In this document: positions 57,942-64,000 of the stretch, piece by piece | Numbering within the stretch: position 1 is the stretch's first letter | Layout of the letters: every line of letters begins with the position of its first letter | Origin: Pachysolen tannophilus NRRL Y-2460 | Taxonomy: Eukaryota | Length of the DNA stretch: 64,000 nucleotides | NCBI GenBank assembly: GCA_001661245.1 | Contig: KV454013.1 | Location: 207,005-271,004 of the forward strand | Direction: 5' to 3' | Program-made: the position numbers and the translations under genes | The notes under the pieces: model-generated | The model's database searches: none | What the model was told of the DNA's origin: nothing | Seen by the model: the letters and a program-made list of their open reading frames with translations, nothing else

Positions 57942-59339
57942 ATGGGACCAAAAAGACCTTTAGGATTAGGTAGGTCTTCATTACTGAAGAAGAAACAAAA
58001 AATATTATCTAGTGGACTGAGTCCTGAAGTGGAATTGGAATTAAAACTGGAACTGGAATTGGAACTGAAAAATGAAACTCCAATTTCTTCAGAGGAAGTG
58101 GCTATAGCAGATAATGAATTAACTGTTGAATTGGAAGAGGCTGTAGATCCAACAGATGAGTTATCTCAACTTAGGGCGTTATGGTTTACGTTTCTTAAAT
58201 CAGAAAGAGATAATGAATTGGTGCTTAATGGGATTATACATGAGTGTGATAGGTTATTGAGAAATACAGTTGGAACAAAAGAAAGTTCTTTAAAATCTTC
58301 TTCAAATAGTGACAAATTACCAGCGTATTTCCATTCTATTTATGCATTATCATTAGCTGAATTAGCTCTGTTTAATTCAGAAACTGATAAAGTTAAAGAT
58401 TTTTTCGATGCAGCATTAGAAAGGGTTCAATTGGGATTTGAATCACATCCAAATTCTTCAGAATTGTTTTTAGCAAAGTCAAAAATATTGTTAAATAGAA
58501 TCCCATTAGAATATATAAGTAAGATGGATTTGGACTCTCAGGTTTCTGGATCAAAGAATCCAGAAGTTTTAAATTTATTGGAAGATGCATTGGATTCTTA
58601 TTCTAAAATTAACAAGAATGAAAATTTGAAAAATTCTTATTTTAAAGAATGTTCAGAAATATTGGACTCTTTAAATGATCTTTTGGATATAGTTGAAAAT
58701 TTTGGTAGAAATGATGAAGGTCTAGATAGTGATGATGAAGAAGAAGAAATTGAAGAACAACAACAACAACTTGAACAGAAACTTTCCAAAAAACATCCAT
58801 TATATAAATTACTGCAAAAAATTAAAGATTATACTTTATGGTGGAGAAAAAATACACAAGATTTACTTTTACAATTAGATTTTTATATTAAAGAAAATAA
58901 TTTAGATAAAATTCAAAATGAAATAGGAGAGAATAATGAATTAATTTTATTATATCGTGAAATTAATAAAAAATTGGGACAATCATATTTAATAGAATCT
59001 GAAGAACCTTCTTCAATATATGCTTCTTTAACTTATGATAATGAGGATGATTTAAATGAAATTAATGGTTTAACAGCTGAAAATTCTTCAAAAATTGCTC
59101 AAAATTTAATTAAAAAGGCTATTAGTTATTTACTCAAGGCAGAAGATCCTGAATCACCACAAAGTTGGGTAGATATTGCAGAAGCTCAAATATCTTTAGG
59201 TAATTTATTTGAACTTGAAAGTGATGAACAAGAAAATATTTATAAAGAAGCTGAAAAGAGATTAAGAAAAGCTAATAGAGCAACTCATGGGAAATATGAT
59301 GATATTTTAAACAATCTATGTAGCAATAATGATGATTAA
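57942..59339 (+). CDS. ETT1: Enhancer of translation termination (Nro1 family)
   Basis: KRPLGLG, SERDNELVLNGIIHECDRLLR, LRKANRATHGKY. Confidence 0.93.
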   Translation: MGPKRPLGLGRSSLLKKKQKILSSGLSPEVELELKLELELELKNETPISSEEVAIADNELTVELEEAVDPTDELSQLRALWFTFLKSERDNELVLNGIIHECDRLLRNTVGTKESSLKSSSNSDKLPAYFHSIYALSLAELALFNSETDKVKDFFDAALERVQLGFESHPNSSELFLAKSKILLNRIPLEYISKMDLDSQVSGSKNPEVLNLLEDALDSYSKINKNENLKNSYFKECSEILDSLNDLLDIVENFGRNDEGLDSDDEEEEIEEQQQQLEQKLSKKHPLYKLLQKIKDYTLWWRKNTQDLLLQLDFYIKENNLDKIQNEIGENNELILLYREINKKLGQSYLIESEEPSSIYASLTYDNEDDLNEINGLTAENSSKIAQNLIKKAISYLLKAEDPESPQSWVDIAEAQISLGNLFELESDEQENIYKEAEKRLRKANRATHGKYDDILNNLCSNNDD

Positions 59340-59934
59340 CAAAAAAAAATTTCTTTTTTAATGAAAAAATATATAAATTTTACATTTCTTACAAAAGATG
59401 TTATTTAAATAATAAATGAAATACTATTTTTTATGATTTTGCAAAAAGAAAAACACAAAATTTCAACAAAGAAAAAAAAAATTTTAAAAAAAAAAACATT
59501 CACTGTGAATCTCTAGTAATTGAGAATAAATAAAAGCCATTCTCCCAAACATACCATGAAAAAAGTCGTTAAAAGGCCAATATAATGGTATAAATAAAAA
59601 AAATGAAAATGAAAAAGAAAAAAGAAGAAAAAAAAATGATTAAAAAGTAAAGTGTAAAGATATCATGAAAATTTGTAACAAAACCAACGAACGCAAAACA
59701 TAAAAATTCCAATGAGAGAGAAACAGAAGATAATAATAATAAATAAAAAAAAAAAAAAAAAAATTTAGTGATAAAAGAAAGTTTGAAAATTATCTTATTA
59801 AAAAGATCGATCTACTTTTTCCATTGCCTTTTTTTTTTTTTTTTTTTTTTTAATCTTTATTCTTCATATGTTATTAATAATATTATCAATAATGATTTTT
59901 TTTTTTTTTTTTTTATTTAATTTATATTTATGTA

Positions 59935-60648
59935 TTAAACTTTTGAGGCAACCGTTTGCTCTCTATGTAACTTTGTAGCGTTTTGTTCGAATAATTGGTT
60001 CTTACAATTCTGTAATCCAGAACAACAATGAGATTCCAATAATCTATGTTTTGAGCAGTAATGTCCTTCACAATGTTGACAATCTCCAACAATTTTTAAA
60101 GGTTGATTTGAACACCTAGGGAATGAGCACTTTGACCGTTTATTTGAAGACTTTCTTCTCTTTTTAGTTGTAGTAGTAGTAGTAATTTGTGGATGAATTT
60201 CTTCTGTATTACCATCTTCTGTTGTTATAACCTCATTATTAATTTCTTTTCCTCCTTCTATAGTGGAATTAGCCAATTCAACCGACGGTAAAACCGGAGA
60301 TTCATTTGGATTAATATTTTGGCTATTGTTAATCAAATAAACTACCGAGTTTTCTGTGATTGAATAACTTGATAATAATCTATGTAATTCTAATTTCTTA
60401 CCAGAAAAAATTAATGAAAAATTTGAAAGGGATAAATGTTTAGCAGTACTACTACTATTATCGCCTCCCACAGAAGAAACCAGAACCGGAGTAGAAAATG
60501 TATTGATTAAATCAGAGGGTAATGCAACTAAAGCAGCAGCCTTCAAATCATTCACAGTTGAATTATCAGGTATAGTAAGTGAATAAGAAGAAGTTGTTGT
60601 ATCTTTGCCACCAATAGATGATGATGATAATCTAATAGTAACCTTCAT
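59935..60648 (-). CDS. TMC1: Ubiquitin-like plus AN1 zinc finger protein
   Basis: LIFSGKKL Ubl; C..PRC....KIVGDCQHCEGHYCSKHRLLESHCC. Confidence 0.8.
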   Translation of the reverse strand: MKVTIRLSSSSIGGKDTTTSSYSLTIPDNSTVNDLKAAALVALPSDLINTFSTPVLVSSVGGDNSSSTAKHLSLSNFSLIFSGKKLELHRLLSSYSITENSVVYLINNSQNINPNESPVLPSVELANSTIEGGKEINNEVITTEDGNTEEIHPQITTTTTTKKRRKSSNKRSKCSFPRCSNQPLKIVGDCQHCEGHYCSKHRLLESHCCSGLQNCKNQLFEQNATKLHREQTVASKV

Positions 60649-61490
60649 AGCAATCTTAAAAAAAATAAAAATAAAATAAAAAAAATAAAAAACAAAAAAA
60701 AATTAATTTTTTAAAAATAAATTAATTTTATAATAGATTATTAGAAATCAAATTCTTTTTAATTTTATATATTTTCTAATAATAATAATAAAATGATCAT
60801 ATATATTAATTATAAATTATAATAATAAAATTATAATTATGATTATAATAAGTTTTTAACAGTTAGTAAAAAAAGAAAAAAATCGTCATACATTTAGTAA
60901 AAAGAGGACAGATTCCTTTTTTGTTTCTTTTATTTTTTTTTATTTCTTTTTCCTTATCACTCATTTGACGCACTGCTATTTCGGCACATGATAAAACGGG
61001 AATTACGTAATGAAACTCTGCCAACAACATTTGAAAAGAGAAAATAAAGATAAAATGAACGGGTATGTAAAAAGTGGCAAAGCGTGTAAATTGTGCACAA
61101 TCTACAAGACTTCCCGTACCGTACAAGGAACAAGGGAGCAAGGTAATATAGAGTAAATACTATATAGCAAGAAAGAAAAAAAATAGCTGTAATAGTAGTA
61201 GTAGTGTGCACGACCATGAGTCACGGAAAAGTTGAAAGAGGTTCCGCACTGAGTGACTTGATTCCGCAGTGCACGACTATTGTTATGCTGTTTTTTTTTC
61301 CCTCCCTTTTAATTTGTAATAGAGTGCACTACTTTGTTTTACTACTACTAAAAGAAAACTATTAATTACTCTTTTGGACGTTGGAAAAGATTTTACTCTC
61401 AAATTCTCATCATATATATATATTTATATATATATAATATATTTGATTAATTGGTATTCATTACTTTTCCTATATATTATATTTTTGAAA

Positions 61491-61749
61491 ATGTCTGGTC
61501 GTCCACAAAGATCAGAGAAGAAATCTGCATTTGAATCATTCAAAGAAACTCCGGCTTATCCAGTCTTATTAAACTTGACTTTATTTGCTGTATGTATAAT
61601 AACGTAGTAGTTTTATATTTATTATAGCTACGAATGAGATTAAGTACTAACTTTATAAAAAAAAAAAAAAAAAAATTTTTTTATTTTTTTAGGCTGGTGT
61701 TGTATTTATTCAATCATCGCTGATGGATATGCTTTCTCCACAATTATAA
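61491..61749 (+). CDS. TOM6: TOM complex subunit Tom6; exons 61491-61589 and 61693-61749
   Basis: Intron 61590-61692 (GTATGT/TACTAAC/TAG); FKETPAY...NLTLFAAGVVFIQSSxMDMLSPQL; Puf3 site TGTACATA 61793-61800. Confidence 0.92.
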
Positions 61750-62057
61750 GAAATGGGTGTGAGGTATTGATTGATGTGATTAAGGTTGTCTTTGTACATA
61801 CATACAAATATATATATAAATATATATATATACATATATATTTACAATAAATTTTTAAAAAATTTAAAAATAGTTTGTTAAATTATTATTATTATTATTA
61901 TTTTTAAACTACAGTAAATAAATTTTCCAAACGTCAATCATTACTAAAAATAAAATTCTATTCAAAATTAAAAACAATTTCTTCTTCTTCTTCTTCTTTT
62001 CTTTAAAAAAAAAATTTTTGTTTTCTTTTAGTATAGTAGTACTATTTTATTTTATTT

Positions 62058-62323
62058 TTACCTTGATAAGACGACGTATAAAGCATGTAAAATACCTGGG
62101 AACCAAGCAAAACAACATAATATAATGTTAATGATAAAATCAGAACCAAACCCACATTCCATGAAAACAGCTAATGGTGGTAATATAATTGCTAAATTTT
62201 TAATAAAAGATATTATATTTATTATGTTAGTATAACTAAAAATTAACACATGGGGTTAACTATAAACTTTTTCTGTTTTTTTTACTCACCAAGAATAATT
62301 GCAATAATTTTTGAAGAATCCAT
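62058..62323 (-). CDS. PMP3: Plasma membrane proteolipid Pmp3; exons 62323-62290 and 62191-62058
   Basis: Intron 62192-62289 (GTGAGT/TACTAAC/TAG); MDSSKIIAIILAIILPPLAVF..INIIL..FPGILHALYVV. Confidence 0.92.
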
Positions 62324-62819
62324 CTTGCAAAATCTATTTTAATTTCTTATAATAATCACAATTGATAAATTGATGTATTAAAACAATTAGATAAAAAGAA
62401 AAAAACAAACCACAAGTTTATTATGCCGCTATTTATATATATATTTATATATTTTTATTATATACGTATACAATATATATATTATTTATGGCCTCTTTAG
62501 GGCTAGCGCTATAGCTAGTCGCCGGCTGCATAGAAAAAAAATTGAAATGATAATTAATTTTCCGGAAAAAGTCGGTCTTTTTTCTAGAAAATTTCACGAC
62601 GAAACAACCGAATAACCGGTAGGAGAAGAAGAAATAGATAGAGAAGAAACCTTCTTCAAAAGAAAAAAAGTTTTTATATCTTTTTTAAAATTAGTTTAAT
62701 AATATTAAGCTGTGAATTGTAAACAAAAAAAAAATAAGAAAAAAAAAAGAAAAAGCAGAGAGAAAGAGTGAATGAATGTGATAAAGAATGAATGAATGTA
62801 TTTTTTTTTTTTTTTTTTG

Positions 62820-64000
62820 TTAAAAAATTCTTTCTAAAACGTTTTTAGTTACTGATCTATCAGGATTTGGCAAAATTGTCCACACTATCAAGACAACACT
62901 GAATAAACCAATGAAAACTGGCATGACAACAAAAGTGCCTACAAATTCACTGATTAATCCAACCATAAATGGCCATACTGCACCTCCTGAACTACCTCCA
63001 CTTGTCATGATTGTTAATGAAATGACTTGAATCTTTCTAGGTAATACTCTTGTTGCAACAGTTATCATTAATGGATAAATTGGACCAACAAAAATTCCTG
63101 CAATAGATATAAAGACAGCCTCTAATATGATTATATTTACTAACCATGCTAATAATACAAATATTATGGCACCAATGGCAGCTATAGTGACTCCTCTTTT
63201 AGCACCCAGATATTTATGTATTCTATGAACAAGAAATAATCTTCCAATGGTTAAACCAGCCCAAAAACCAGAAGCAACATACCCAATTGAACTCTTATTA
63301 CCATCTCTATAATTTTCTAAAAATGAAACTATCCATCCTCCCATGGAAACTTCTGCAGCTTGATAATTAAATACAAATAATGTTAAAAGCCATGTTCTTA
63401 AATTCTTAACTGCCAATTTGAAATCTCCCTTTGGTATAACTGGTTCAACGGTATCAATTATTTTAGTTTCACTTCTAACAGGTCTAGTACGTAATTCTAT
63501 ATTTTCTTGTTCTTGTTCTTCTTCTTCAATCGCTGATGAAGTTATTATATCTTCACCATGAACAGCTTCACGATGATCCCATGGTCTTAAATCTTCATCT
63601 GCACCTTGAAATGAAAACCATAAATTAATTAAATTTGATATAGCTAAACCTAAAAGAATTAAATAATAAAAATGCCATTGAATTCCAGCATTTACCATAA
63701 TTGTAGAAATTATTGGAGATGCAGTTGCTCCCAGTCCATATGAACCATGAAACCATCCTAAATAAGTTGATGCTTTATCAAACCTAGATAAAAAAATATT
63801 CATTTGACTAAGACACATTGCTGAACCAAGACCTCCAATGAAAAAACCAATACAAATAATTGGATAAATTGTACCAGAACTAACTATAGCAAACATTATG
63901 GAAGTTAAAAAACATCCACCACAAGCCATTTTCCTCTTCCCCAATTTCAGATCTAAGAAATCACTACAGAGGGCAACAACTATAAAACCCAGAGCATTAC
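62820..64000 (-). CDS. MFS transporter, Bsc6-like (5' end outside window)
   Basis: Frame open to window edge; FHGSYGLGATASP, YQAAEVSMGGWIV, GYVASGFWAGLTIGR. Confidence 0.85.
   Translation of the reverse strand, partial: NALGFIVVALCSDFLDLKLGKRKMACGGCFLTSIMFAIVSSGTIYPIICIGFFIGGLGSAMCLSQMNIFLSRFDKASTYLGWFHGSYGLGATASPIISTIMVNAGIQWHFYYLILLGLAISNLINLWFSFQGADEDLRPWDHREAVHGEDIITSSAIEEEEQEQENIELRTRPVRSETKIIDTVEPVIPKGDFKLAVKNLRTWLLTLFVFNYQAAEVSMGGWIVSFLENYRDGNKSSIGYVASGFWAGLTIGRLFLVHRIHKYLGAKRGVTIAAIGAIIFVLLAWLVNIIILEAVFISIAGIFVGPIYPLMITVATRVLPRKIQVISLTIMTSGGSSGGAVWPFMVGLISEFVGTFVVMPVFIGLFSVVLIVWTILPNPDRSVTKNVLERIF

Noticed and set aside
1..64000. CRISPR arrays, transposons, LTRs
   Set aside because: No repeat-spacer array, transposase/RT ORF or LTR pair seen.

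Overview
AT-rich budding-yeast (Saccharomycotina) nuclear scaffold with about 35 protein genes, one tRNA-Val(AAC), nine spliceosomal introns and two ~600-nt N gaps. Recognisable genes in order: SBE2, CTK2, BET4, RRP4, MRP8, a TM-RING E3, a PQ-loop transporter, DPL1, HDA2, a SEC23 paralog, a THI7-like permease, MAK10, RPL12, ATG37, YAP1, ERG6, ATP5, RML2, EST3, an M28 aminopeptidase, VMA8, SYF1, a HAD-IIA hydrolase, BET3, SCT1, CUE5, MET1, ETT1, TMC1, TOM6, PMP3 and a BSC6-like MFS (partial). Two observations stand out. (1) A ~148-bp segment of the SEC23-paralog gene (21222-21369), holding the intron branch point, 3' splice site and 19 conserved codons, is inverted relative to the rest of the gene; flipping it restores a perfect in-frame gene. 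(2) CTG codons fall at conserved alanine positions (Yap1, Syf1, Thi7), so the organism very probably uses the CUG-Ala code (Pachysolen-like) and CTG 'Leu' in the ORF track should be read as Ala. Gene names come from recalled family motifs, not database searches.
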